A DNA stretch of 63,127 nucleotides, the filler included, from Lenisia limosa (Eukaryota; Protista; Breviatea), in the NCBI GenBank assembly GCA_001655205.1. It is 16 parts of 16 records of this genome, joined end to end, with 100 filler letters (N's around TTAATTAATTAA, not from the genome) between each part and the next. Parts side by side here need not be neighbours in the genome. Positions count along the whole stretch, not along the records: positions 1 to 19,667 come from LPNZ01005968.1; 15 more parts are not named here. One strand, written 5' to 3'. This document shows, piece by piece, positions 1 to 13,100 of this stretch. The notes below the pieces were generated by a model that ran no database searches, had not been told where the DNA came from, and saw only the letters and a program-made list of their open reading frames with translations. The stretch's first letter is position 1, and every line of letters starts with the position of its first letter. The position numbers were made by a program, and so were the translations under genes.

Positions 1-13
1 GGGGGGGGGGGGA

Positions 14-1388
14 TACAGAGTATTGGAGGATGGGGCATTGTTGACAGTATGGAGGGCTCACTTTGTACAGAAGCCAGCATACCACCTTCTCTCCTCACGT
101 CCTCCCCACCGCCCTTTTCCCCAAGAGATCTGGTAAGCTGTTTTGATGAGTGGCCTCATACTGAGCAGCCCCATTTTCATAACTTAACGTGGTTGGTTGA
201 AATTTCCACCTTCGACTTGTCCTTTTTTATCGAAGATATCATATATATGGTAAAACATCATGTATTACCAATTCATAAGATGAACTTGTCATGTGAAGCA
301 TCGGTTTAACACTATTGCTCCCCGTTTTCACTTTCTAGCCCATTTTGGCAAACATGGATATCAAGTCATCAAAAGACCCCCTCAAAAAATCAAAAGTTTG
401 AGACGGTTTTCTGTGCATTATAGTATATGATATATACATGTATATCGATATATGTATGCAGATATATTTATCTTTTTCAATAAATTCAGTATTTTGAGAA
501 AACCCTCATTTGTGTATCAAAAAGGTCCCTGATAATAATAATCTATTTTTATCATTATATGTTGCAACTCTATTTTGATCCCCCTATCAACATGGTATAA
601 TTCCGCAGACACGACGATCGAGGTGGCAGCTTGGTGTGAGGTCTAAACGAACCCCGGAGGAAATCATGTCAGAAGTGTACAAAGTTCTCATGGGTGGGCC
701 TGCGGGGGGGGGGGGGGNNNNNNNNNNNNNNNNNNNNNNNNNNNNNNNNNNNNNNNNNNNNNNNNNNNNNNNNNNNNNNNNNNNNNNNNNNNNNNNNNNN
801 NNNNNNNNNNNNNNNNNNNNNNNNNNNNNNNNNNNNNNNNNNNNNNNNNNNNNNNNNNNNNNNNNNNNNNNNNNNNNNNNNNNNNNNNNNNNNNNNNNNN
901 NNNNNNNNNNNNNNNNNNNNNNNNCAGTGGAAGATCATGCATCCATACCATCTTCGCGTCATTATGCCCATTCCCCCTGGTATGTAAAATCTGTGCAATA
1001 GTTATGGGTTGAAGTTGGTATATTGTGCCTTTTCGTGTCGTATCATACAGTGACCGTGAATTGTCGTGACTAGTGTAGTATTTTACTTTTTATCTCTTGG
1101 AAACATTTTTTTCGCTAACTTGTTAAGGCTCAACGCAAGGCGACCGCACTTGTAAACTGTCAGTCTTAGTGTACAAGCTGGACGAACGTAGACACCTAGT
1201 GGATTTCAAAAAGGTAGCAAGGTTTCCATTTAGTACTCTGTATACAAATATGCTTCTATCTAAAATGATTTTTTGTGACGATAGATCTTATGCATCCTTC
1301 TTACGTATTTTTACTTTGCCAGATTGAAGGAAGCCCGTTTTCGTTCTTTGACTGTTGCATTGCCCTTGTAGAAACAATGGCACTCTAG
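14..1388 (+). CDS. SNF1: AMPK/SNF1 catalytic alpha subunit, C-terminal part (about 6 exons, 5'-partial)
   Basis: Manually spliced exons read TRRSRWQLGVRSKRTPEEIMSEVYKVLM / QWKIMHPYHLRV / CKLSVLVYKLDERRHLVDFKK / IEGSPFSFFDCCIALVETMAL*, matching the AMPK-alpha/SnRK1 C-terminal domain; stop TAG 1386-1388. Confidence 0.85.
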
Positions 1389-2038
1389 AGTTAGGTCTTT
1401 GTAGGTTTTTTTTTCTGTTTCCTGTCTAATGTTATTTCCTCCTTCGACAAACATTTTTTTCTTTTTTGTGACTCTTTTCCCAAGGCAATTGACAAACCCA
1501 ATTGTACATACACATGTATATCATATCAGTATTTAAGGGTTGAAAGTGCAGCTCGATCAACCATACTCTCAACGACCTGTTCGAAAGGAATGCTCGTGTG
1601 TTCTAGAGAGGGCGTGTAAATAGCCAGGAAAAAGCGTGATTGGTTGGACAGTTGAGTTATATTTGAAATTGAAAGGGGCACATGTGTACCTTTTAGGCAT
1701 TTAGGTATGCGTATTTACAATTTCCTCAAGAACCAACCTTGATTTTCCCAAAAATTGATGTAGTGTGTAGGAGGTTTAGGTTTTAGGGTTCAGGCCTGGG
1801 TTGAGCAATGGTTTAGGCAGGGAGCAGTGCCCTAGGCAGGCTGCAAACATGGGGTTGAGATATGATTGATTGAGGCTCTCCCGAGGATCCATTACTAGAG
1901 CGGTCCGGGGGAAATACACCCCGGACAGAAATTTGCTGGTCCAAATTATACAGTTCAGTTCATTTGCTATTTAACTTATTTTTTTCGGTGAATCGTTGTT
2001 CTGCCAAACAAACGAACTGTAGAACCGTGTCTGCCAAA

Positions 2039-4174
2039 ATGGGTAAGCAATCATAGCAAAATAGCGCTGCTACTATTTTTGACGTCATAAATTAACAATT
2101 GTAGCTGGTGGAGTTTTAGAATATGTCCGTCCGTTTGCCTCTGTGCTTCCTGGTGTTAAAAAGCCAGAGAAAGAGGTGAGTCAAATTAATCTATAGTTTT
2201 TTAATAATTCTCTTGGTCCTTCTTTGGCGTTCCAAGTCTTTGTGTCCTCTAATTGTCTAATAACTTGTTTAGATCTCACTTAAAGACAAAATCATTTGGT
2301 CTTTGGTGATTCTTGCTGTTTACCTTGTTTGCTGTCAAGTTCCTCTCTGGGGTAAGCAATTGATAGCTTTCTTCAGCAAATGTTTGATTTTTTTTGGAAT
2401 CTAAGATTTTCCTGTTTTAGTGATTAATTTTTGGGACGAGTTTTGATGATTATTGCAAAGTAGTTATTCTAATGATCCTTTTAGGAGCTTTCCCCAGTGA
2501 GTCTTCCGATCCTCTCTATGTTATGCGTCTCATCATGGCTTCCAACCGTGGTACTCTCATGGAACTCGGTATCTCGCCTATCATCACTTCTGGTGAGCGA
2601 TTTAGGGAAGATTTCTTTTTGGTGAATCTTTTCACTAAATAACTAACATCTGTTTAGGTATGATTGTCCAACTTCTGACTGGTGCTGGCTTCCTTAGTGT
2701 TGACCAAAGTAACCCTGATGATCAAATGCTCTTCTCTGCTGCTCAAAAGCTTTTGGGAATGGTCATTGCTCTCGTTCAGGCTGTTGCTTACGTGTACTCT
2801 GGAATGTACGGTGCCATCAGCTCTTTCGCCGCTGTCATGATTGTTGTTCAACTAGTTGCTTGCTCTGTTCTTGTTATGCTTCTCGATGAGGTTCTTTCTG
2901 AAGGCTACGGTATCACTGGTGGTACTACTCTCTTCATTGCTACCAACATTTGCGAGACCGTCTTCTGGAAGTCCTTCTCCCCTAGCACTATCAACCGTGG
3001 ACGTGGTATGTGTAACACGATTTGAAATATTGATCTAATTTTTTTTCAGGAACTGAGTTCGAAGGCGCCGTTGTTGCTCTCTTCCATCTCCTTCTTACCC
3101 GTAGCGATAAGGTTCGTGCCCTCAAGGAAGCTTTCTACCGTGAAGGACTCCCCAACATCACCAACCTCCTCGCCACTGTCCTTGTCTTTGTGATCGTTGT
3201 CTACTTCCAAGTAAGCTTCACCTTAAGTTTCTTCCTATTACAGACTACTTGTAGTTTTATCCAAACGAATATATTCTTATCCATTTTAGGGATTCCGTGT
3301 TGATCTCCCCGTCAAGTCAGCCCGTGCCCGTGGATACCGCGCTACCTACCCTATCCGTCTTTTCTACACTAGCAACATGCCTATCATCCTGCAGTCCGCT
3401 CTTGTTTCCAACATCCTCTTCATCTCTCAACTCCTCTTCCGTAACTTTGAGGCCTTCTCCCCTGTCGGTCTTTTCGGCTCATGGTTGGATACTGGTGAGT
3501 TGGTTTATCAATCCTCCCCTCCCTTCCCCTTTGAAAATGATTGAATATCATCTTTTTTAGGCCGTGGACACATGATTCCCGTCGGTGGCCTTGCCTACTA
3601 CATGTCTCCCCCCATGAACTTTGCCGAGGTCGCGGAAGACCCCATCCATGCTATTCTTTACGGTTTGAGAGATGGAATGACTTCTATCTATCTTTCTTTT
3701 TTGGTTCCGTTCTCACCTCTTAGTTATCTTCATGCTTGCTTCTTGCGCTCTCTTCTCACGTCTTTGGATCAACCTCTCTGGTTCTTCTCCCCATGATGTT
3801 GCCCGTCAGCTCCGTGACCAACAGGTTTGCAACACCCGCTTTTTTTTTTTTTTTTTGANNNNNNNNNNNNNNNNNNNNNNNNNNNNNNNNNNNNNNNNNN
3901 NNNNNNNNNNNNNNNNNNNNNNNNNNNNNNNNNNNNNNNNNNNNNNNNNNNNNNNNNNNNNNNNNNNNNNNNNNNNNNNNNNNNNNNNNNNNNNNNNNNN
4001 NNNNNNNNNNNCGGTGGTCTCTGCATTGCTGCCCTGTCTATCTCCGCTGACTTCCTCGGCGCTATTGGCTCCGGTACCGGTATCCTCCTCGCTGTCACTT
4101 CCATCTACCAGATGTACGAGACTGTCCGCAAGGAAGCCCGCGAACAAGGAAGCATCTGGAGCATCCTCCAGTAA
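2039..4174 (+). CDS. SEC61A: Protein transport protein Sec61 alpha (at least 9 short introns, one N gap)
   Basis: Exons give [138 protein letters not shown]; stop TAA 4172-4174. Confidence 0.97.
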
Positions 4175-4381
4175 CTTTTTTTTTAATACAGTACTTACTA
4201 TTTATTCCTTGAGTTTATTTTCAATACCCGTTTGTTAAGAAACAACGAGAAATATTTCCACCTTAAATTTTCTCCCTATTGTAATAGAAATCAGACTGAT
4301 ACACACAAACTGCAAACCACCATTTGGAAATTATTATTAAATAATGCATCAAAAAAAATAGGGAAATGAAGGGTTGGTTGT

Positions 4382-5842
4382 CTAGCAGACTTGGTTCATG
4401 ATCTCACCCTTGAAGAAAGCGACAGCCTGGTTGGCGGAAGCAATTCCGGCGTTGCTGTTGGCCTCAGCAGTCTGGGCACCGCACTTCTTGGCAGTGAAGA
4501 AGACCTTGTCGGCAACCTACAATTGTGAAACACAAGTTGAAATTAATATTCTTTTTGACTGAACAGTAGGCCTCATTCACACGTACCTCAGTCTCGAAAG
4601 CCTCGCGGGTCTTGGGGGCAACGTCAGCAACATAGTAAAGGTTCTTAGCCTTAAGAGCCTAGGGAGGTGAAAATGAAAAACAGGCGCTGCCACTACATGT
4701 TATCCAAATTAGACAGGCCAACCAACCTCAAGAAGGTCAGCCTCGTTGACAACATCGGGACGGGCAGTGTTGATGAGAACAGCCTGAAAAGATGAGCAAT
4801 GTCTAAATTGGAATTATATGAACAAAAGAAAAAAAAAAGGAGGGGGGCGAAATATTGCACCCACCTTGTTCTTGCAGAGGTCAAGCATGGCCTTGTTGAC
4901 GGAGCCCTTGGTCTCTACAAATATGATCAACCGAAAAACACAAGGAAATACAGATTTAATGAAAAATCCCAGTGGTGGAAGACATGTAACACAGTTTTAA
5001 TGAATAGAAAAAAAAACCATACCAGCAGTGGAAGGCATGTTGAGGGAAACGAAGTCGGATTGCTTGTAGACCTCAGCAACCTCAGCGACGTACTCGACAC
5101 CAGCGGGCTCGAGGAGAGCCTTGGAGGCAGAGTTGGGACGGACGTAGGCAACAACCTGAGGTCAGACCCGTTCATATGATATGGATCACAAAAGTTGCGA
5201 CTAACCTTCATGCCGAAGCCCTTGGCGATGGTAGCCATGCAGCGAGCAACGTGGCCAAAAGCAATGAGACCAAGAGTCTTGCCCCTGAGAGATTAGATTG
5301 GGGGAAAAGATGAGTACATATTAGGAAGATAAAAACCTTTCTCACTTGAGCTCGAAGCCAGCCTTTCCAGTGTACTTGGCACGGCAGACGTTGAGCATCA
5401 TGCCGAAAGCAAGCTCAGCGACAGCGTTGGAATTCTGTCCGGGAGTGTTCTGAACGCAGATAGCCTTCTTGACCTGCAATACCCAGTAAAAACGTGTTCT
5501 TTTTCAAAATGGTCAGAGAGAAGGCACACAACCATTGCATACGGGGCCAACAACGTTGTCAGTACCAGCACCAGCACGGATGACGAGCTTGAGGTTCTTG
5601 CCAGCAGCATGGACCTCCTCGTCAACCTAATATATGAGAAAAATAGCTTAGAACGCGCAACAAACCTTGTCAGAACGGATGATCATTCCATCAACATCAG
5701 CGACGGCAGCAAGGAGCTCAGACTTCTCCTTGTAGTTCTCAAGAAGCTTAGCCTCGACACCACCCTCCTTCATGATGGCAACCATGTCGTCGCGAGCAGC
5801 GGCGGAGAAAGGCTTCTCAGTGGCAATAAGAACAACGGGCAT
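4382..5842 (-). CDS. serA: D-3-phosphoglycerate dehydrogenase, short type III with Lys in place of the catalytic His (about 8 introns)
   Basis: MPVVLIATEKPFS...GMIIRSDK, LKLVIRAGAGTDNV, QNTPGQNSNAVAELAFGMM, GKTLGLIAFGHVA, INTARPDVV, FFTAKKCGAQTAEANSNAGIASANQAVAFF*; no ACT domain. Confidence 0.9.
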
Positions 5843-5902
5843 ATTAACTAATATCAAGTCCAAAAGGGGCTCGTTTTAAAAAAAATTTGCTAAAAAGATG
5901 AA

Positions 5903-5925
5903 TTCTAGAACATTCTAGAATATTC
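5903..5925. promoter_or_regulatory. Candidate heat-shock element (five alternating nGAAn units) in the divergent PGDH/carboxypeptidase promoter
   Basis: TTCtaGAAcaTTCtaGAAtaTTC, about 60 nt upstream of the PGDH ATG. Confidence 0.6.
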
Positions 5926-6140
5926 GTTACGGTTGCCGACGTCATCGAACACTCTGGTACTTTCCAGAAAGCCTACGCCGCCGAACTCTTTGCCAAATTT
6001 TCTGTTTTCCTTTGTTCTTTCTTTGTTCTTTCTGCCTCTCTGCCGCCACCCCTTAGAATTATATTTATTTAGATTTAATTTAGTTTAGAGCTTTTTGAAC
6101 TTCGAAGTGCGTTTTAGTTTTTGTTGATTGATCAGAAACA

Positions 6141-9100
6141 ATGAAGTGGTCTTTCCTAGCCCTGGCACTATGCCTTGCCCTTCACGTGTTATCAGCCTAC
6201 GGCCTTGGTAGCGACACCCATTTTGTCTCTTCGTTACCTGGCGTTGTTGGAGGGGTTTCTATTTCTATCCGTCCGGTTTTTTCCGCTCAATTAACAACAA
6301 TTTTTTATTTCCACATATACTTTTTCAATACAGGAATTCTTCATTGATCGTTTTTTGAGGCTTTACTACCTTCGCACACAATAGAGTTGGTTTTGAGGTT
6401 ATTCCATTAATTCCCATTTTTCACGTTTTACCCCCCCCCCCCCNNNNNNNNNNNNNNNNNNNNNNNNNNNNNNNNNNNNNNNNNNNNNNNNNNNNNNNNN
6501 NNNNNNNNNNNNNNNNNNNNNNNNNNNNNNNNNGCGATCTCAACATCCGGGCCGGTCACATTGCGTTTGATGCCGATAATGACAGCAAGGCGTTTTATCT
6601 CATGTCCGACATGTCACAAGATGCCAAGTCCCCGTTCGTTATTTGGCTTAACGGTACGATTACTGCTTCCTAAGGCCAGAGTATCGATATTTATGGTGGA
6701 AAATTGCCCTTGGTACCGTTGCACCAAGGTACGAACGATCCAGAAAGGATTTTCTGACTCTTATTTGCCTTTTTAACCAAAGGATATCTCGATATCTCAA
6801 CTTTATCGCACTTTTTCGGTTGTAAATAAACCTACTCACCATTCAGGAGGACCAGGAGCCTCATCAATGCTTGGAGCGTTTACTGAGAATGGCCCTCTGA
6901 CTTTCTCTGGTGATGGCAAATTGGAGCGGTCCGAAACCTCATGGAGTAAGAAGGTGAGACCCCATGATTGCTTACGTTTCTTTTTTTTACAAAAAAAAAT
7001 GCACACCAGATTAACCAAAGTTACTTTTCACGTATTTACACCGCCTACTTAGAGTGTTGTACAGGCAAAATCCTACCCCATCAGTCTTATCTAACTTCCT
7101 AGGCATGTGTGGTGTGGATTGACCAGCCAGTCACCGTTGGCTACTCAACCACCAGCGGACCAGTGCCGAAAACACGGGAGGAGCAAACCCATAAACTTCT
7201 GATGATCGTCACTCAGTTCTACAAGATGTACCCAAGCCTGCTCAGTCGTGAACTTTTCATCTTCGGTTTGCATCCCGTTGTGTTCTTTTTGAGAGCCCAT
7301 AGAATCAAGGGGAGGAGGGGGGGGAAGTCGCTTTCTTTTTTGTCCAATAATCCAAGGAGGCAATAATCACCCTTATTAACATTATTATTTTCACTTCTAC
7401 TTTCGTTTTAACACCCAGGTGAGTCATATGGTGGCACTTACGTCCCTTACCTTGCTGAAGCCATTACCGACGCCATGAGCATGTTGGTGGTATTGTAATA
7501 TTGTGACAAGATGATGGTCTGTCATGATGGCACATTTTTAATCCAAAAGGTTCTCCGCATTCGTGTGATGAGGTGGCAAGAGTTGGAAATCATTCTCTTC
7601 ATATGATATAATAGGGGCTTCTCACAACCATCATCAAGAACTTATCCCCCTCCCAGTGACCAGTTCCCAAAGGTCAACTTTGGTGGAATTGCTATTGGAG
7701 ACGGCTGGTTCCACCCCATTCGTCAGGTCCCGAGTTACCCTCAATATGCGTGGGAGGTTTTTTTTTTTCAATTATTAACAATAGTATCTATTCCTATTTT
7801 AGTCATTATATGATCCATTTGAGTGTCATTTCTTTGAATAGTTCAATGGTGTTGGAACAATAAAAATCCCAAGCAAAATGCAAAAATAATAAAAGTGTTC
7901 AAATCGAGTTTTGTAGTGGTATCATTCGCCAATTATCAGTCTCTTCATTTACGGCCACAGCTACGGAACTGGCCTCATTGACCGCAATCAATACACCAAG
8001 TCCATGGACTGGGTTTCCGAGTTCAACCATCAGGTACGCGGCTGTTTTATTAGAAAGCTATTTGAGATCAAGACTCATTATTGTGTTCGAGTGTTTTCTA
8101 TGATTCTCATTTTGCCTCAGATAAGAGTGGATTTATTTTTGACACGTCTAGCTCCGAGTCAGCAATATGACTGCAGCCAGCGCTGCCATCAATGACCTCC
8201 AGGTACCGCAGTTTAAACGGATTATATCATTATCATATAGTATTTCGTATTATTGACGGATAATCACTGATTTAGACGTACATTTTGGATAAGGCTGGAA
8301 AGGTGTCCATTGACAACATTCTCTCCGATTCAATTTTCGAATACATCATGGTTCTTATCCAAGTTGGAGGGCAGGGGGGCGACAGCAGCTTGGTCTCTCG
8401 TTTAAGCCCTTCCCTTTTGTCCATTTTGTTTGCACCCCCACAAATTTCTTTCTTTTAACCCCCCTCCCCCAGCTTGGTAAGTATCTGAACCAGCCAGAGG
8501 TGCAAGACGCCCTCCATGTTCCTGGAGTGCACTTTAACTCGCTCTCCGATGACGTGTCAACAGCTATGGCGGGTGAACAGCCCAAGTCCTCTCTTTGTTG
8601 GGGGCGAAGGGATTGAACTGTTTTTTTATATATACTATGTGCTATTGCGTTTGTTTTGCTTTTATCCTGTTCTAACAATTTTAGTCAAATATGAGGCCCT
8701 CTTTGCTAAGCAGTTACCTATTGTGTTCTACACCGGCAATATGGACATGGTAGGGTTGTGGGTGTTTCGAGGATTGAGGAAATGGTGTTTTTTGTGTTTC
8801 ATCTACAACATGCTTTTTTTCTTATTCCACTTACACCACCAGAACTGCAATCATCTTGGAGTCTCCGAAGCTCTTGCTGATATGTCTATTGGAAGTGCAA
8901 TTGAAGCTGTGGGTAACCAAGCGGGGGAACCTCACGGGTCCAATCGGGTTGTGCTTTGTTTCTTATTCTCTCATCTTTCTTGAACTTGTTTTTGGATGTT
9001 GGGTTGAAGAATTAACAGATGTTGAGCCGCGGGGTGGGGGGTTAAGTATTAAGGAAGAACGAGACAATCGTTTGAAAACAACAAAACAAAACCGGACGAG

Positions 9101-9773
9101 GTGCTTTTGAAGCAACGCATCCCATCACTTCGAGAAAGGGAATATTTATATGAAACAAACAGATCCCAACACCCAACACCCCCAGGATTCTTCTTATCCC
9201 CCCCCCCTAGGCTGAGCGTAAGGTTTGGCATGTTGGAGATGATAAGGGTGCCGCTGGCTACTACAAGTGCTACCAAAACCTCAGCAATATCGGTATGAAA
9301 TTCCCTTGAGCTTCTACAGTGTCAAGATGAATATCGATATTTACTATCAATTGTTATTTCTTCGCATGAAAGTACACTTTGTTTTTTTTTTTTGTTTTTT
9401 TTTTGTNNNNNNNNNNNNNNNNNNNNNNNNNNNNNNNNNNNNNNNNNNNNNNNNNNNNNNNNNNNNTTATTGTCTGTTTGGACTTATTTCTGGTATGTTG
9501 AATTTACGATTTCAGTTGTGCGCTCAGCAGGCCATGAGGCCCCTCGTTATGAGCCCGACAGGTGTTTCGACCTTTTCGATAAAATCATCTCCAATGGTTG
9601 GGGGCGGGGAGGCTATTTGTGAATGGGGTCTTCAACGGACTATTTAAATATTCAGAGCTGCCTGGTTTTTGAAAAGTCTAATCTTTTAATACCAGTCTTC
9701 TTGGACCTTTGCAAAAGACTTTATTCTGCATCATTCTTCTCACCTTTTAGGTGGGGTGCCATTCGAGTGTTAG
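6141..9773 (+). CDS. Serine carboxypeptidase, peptidase family S10, with signal peptide
   Basis: N-terminal hydrophobic MKWSFLALALCLALHVLS; motifs [66 protein letters not shown]. Probable last exon 9751-9773 (GGVPFEC*); the alternative unspliced end is 9622. Confidence 0.92.
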
Positions 9774-10118
9774 TTTTGTAGACACTAAATACAATTTGTT
9801 TTTGGGGACATGTGGTTTTCTTTGAAACTTCCTCTCTTCACTATTGCCTAAGAAATTGTCTAGTACCTCCAAACCTGGTAATAACCTCTGATAAAGCTGT
9901 TTAAAGCCGAGTTGGCCGAACAATTAAGCTGAGTCAGTACCTGCTAATTAGGGCTTCACGGTTGAAAAAGACTGAATATCAACTGAAGTGAAGCCCTACT
10001 GCTAATCCTTATTCCGTTGACGTATCCGATTCTGAGACAAATAACAGGGAACTACATCGTGCAACAAAACCAATAGAAAACGGGAAAACCAAAAGAATAA
10101 CAACTACACCCAGATAAC

Positions 10119-13100
10119 TTAAACCTCACGTGCTCTCCTTGCCTGTGCTGGCGGCGCATAGGTGTAGCCCTCAATACTGAAGGTCTTGTCAAGACTGTCC
10201 GTGATGGGATCGAGAGTAGGCTCTAACGACAGAAACTCAGCATCGAAGCAGGACACGTCATGGTCTGATGCGTTATACCAGGGCTTCGAATAATGATAGT
10301 GCCATTATGGCAGGGCTTATAATAATGTTGCCATAATGTCAGGGCTTATATAAAATAATAATGATGCTGCCATTATGGCAGGGCTTATATTATAATAATG
10401 ATGTTGTTATTATGTCAGCGCTTATAATAATGATGTTGTCATAGAATAATAATGATTAATAATGATAGCGCCATAATATAATGATGTTGGCGTTCGTTGC
10501 CTATTCGTATCCTCAGGATTCTTACCCCCCACTATTCTTGACCTTCGGCTTCCAGGGAGCCTCCATGCCCTTAGCCTCAAGAAGAGCCCAGTCGATGCTC
10601 TTGAAGAACGCGTGGCCCTTGAGTTCGTCCACGCCGGCCTCGCGACATCCTAGCCGTGTTGAGGGGTTACGGTCCAGCAGCTGGGAGGTGACGCGGTATA
10701 CATATAGAGATATATTGCAGCTAGGGCTGCACTTCAGTTCAAAAAAAAGACTGAACTTCTCGATAAATTCTCGAAAATTGTAGATATTGTACAGGTAATT
10801 TTCGAACCGAAGTGAAGTCCTACATATGCCCAATTGATTCTTCATATGAGGAAAAAGGAGACACAGTCCCAGCCCACCCCCTTGAGAAGAGACACAGCGT
10901 CTTTGGACATTGAGGGGGGGAAGTAGATCTGAGTTAGTTAATATCTAAGACCAGAAACAATACACTAAGGTTTTCCTTCAGTAACAAAAACTATAGACAG
11001 TGTGTTTTGCTTATTAAAATTTATCCAAAAATAAGGAAATGCACCCCCCCACAAAAGCATTGATTATTGTGACNNNNNNNNNNNNNNNNNNNNNNNNNNN
11101 NNNNNNNNNNNNNNNNNNNNNNNNNNNNNNNNNNNNNNNNNNNNNNGTGGAAGGGCACATCTCCAACCATCATCTCGTATAGGCAAACACCGAGAGACCT
11201 GTGTGATAAGATATTATCATGAGGCAAACACCGAGAGACAGGTGTGATACGTTACTATCTCACAGAGGCAAACAAGTTATTATGGGGGCAGTCATCCGTG
11301 TTTCTGTTCGGTTTTGTCTTTTCTTGCTCAACAATGTTTATTTGTCGCTTTAAACAACTTCCAATTTGTGTTTGAGTAAAGTGAGACTTTCATCTGAACC
11401 AAAACAAATCAGCTCTGCATTGGCATTATGGCCAATCTCTATTTGCTTCCCTTCGCTCCCCTATTGTTTGAAAAGGGCCATTGGGTATCGATTATATGTT
11501 TTCCGTGAAAATGATTTTGTGCCTACTCCCAACAGCCAACCAGAAGTCACACGATCTTGCATAGGGCTGGTGCAGGATAACCTCGGGGGAGACCTAGGAC
11601 ATAAATGAGTTTAGGGGGAAATGCAATGTAAAAATGATAAATAAAAAAAGGGACTACACTCCACAGAAAACCACAAAACCAAGATATTAGCCCCAATAGG
11701 ATCAACATCAAATTCGACAACTACATTGACCAGTTAGCTATTCCCATTAGTATCACGGGGGAGGTGGCATTGAGGGGTCGCGATGCATGCCGATCCAAAA
11801 AGACCGACCCAATATTGTGGAGGAAATTCAGTCTCAGGGAAGTCTCAGAGACAAGTCACCAAAAGCTGCCATGCTTACATATTCAGAAGTTCCGCAGATC
11901 GTAGCGGTGGTAGCGTCCTTAGTGAGTCCCTGTTTGCACATGCCGAAGTCTGTCAAGTGCACGAAACCTAACATTCGTCACTCACGATAAGGGGGAAACA
12001 AAATGGGAGCGCCAAGGTATCAACTCAGATATCCTTGAATTAAGTTATTCAATACACATACCATCACAATCGAACAGCATGTTCTCGGGTTTAAGGTCTC
12101 GATAGATGACACCATGCTGGTGCAGATGGGCCTAGATAATCATGAGAGGTAAAAAATAACTAATTATCTAGGTTTTATAGAATCCAGTTTTGTTTTATTG
12201 AACTGACAAGTGAAGCTCAATAATTTGAAATATTGAGGCACTTTGATTACTACTTATTGTCCATAGGATCACGTTAATAAGAGATATTGATTATAGAATA
12301 ATAATAATCCTTTGCCTACAAGAGCTGAAATGATGCAGGCACCATAGAATCGCGTGCGACCTGAAAGTGAACTTTTACGTGCTGTGAATAGGAAGAAAGT
12401 ATCGCTGAAACAAAGAAAGTAACATGTAAAGGGAAGACCTTTTTATCATTAACCAACATGATGTCAAGATGATCTTAACACAATATGTCACCATACTCAC
12501 TTTCTCCGAAGCCCTTCTCCGATCCAAGGTAGTGGAACAAATCACCACCGTTGACGAAATCTGAGGAGTTACCCAGGCTTAAAGTTATCCCATATTGCCA
12601 CTAACCATTACATAAAATGTTACACTTTTTTATTCAGTTTACACCGGCGAAGGCTTCCGCAAATAAAACCTGGAATATATATAAAGAACCTCCATATGAT
12701 CTATTGATACAATTTGTACATTTCCATGTACAGTGACCGGGATAAGTCTTGACCGATTTTCCTGGGAAATCACACAGCAAATCGGTCACTTATCCCGGTC
12801 ACTATATACTATATAATATCTACCACAGTCGTTGAGTGAACCCAAAAAAGTCAGAATTTCTCATATCATATTCATAATAGATATTGCCCCGTGGTTCCAG
12901 ACCAAAGGGCCCCACCAGCCCACCAAGAACGAGCATGAGCCTGTCCCTGGTTTGGAAGGCGTAGTGCAGGTTGACAAGGAAGGGGTGGCTGACTGCCTCA
13001 AGAACTTGTCGTTCAGATGTCACCCATCGTTCCTCTCCTGGAGGATCAATACATGCCAAGGTTTCAAATCTAAGGATTATAACTAGAGCCTCACTTCGGT

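Noticed and set aside
636-1001. Long ORFs in the track that run through X (N) stretches
   Set aside because: Length is inflated by gaps; only spliced exon segments with recognisable motifs were accepted.
1770-1830. Telomere-like GGTTTAGG/TTTTAGGG stretch
   Set aside because: Only two or three degenerate units in an internal intergenic region.
9620-9622. TGA as the carboxypeptidase stop
   Set aside because: A G-rich donor at about 9598 and acceptor at 9750 give a plausible final exon ending TAG at 9773, so this TGA is probably intronic; not certain.
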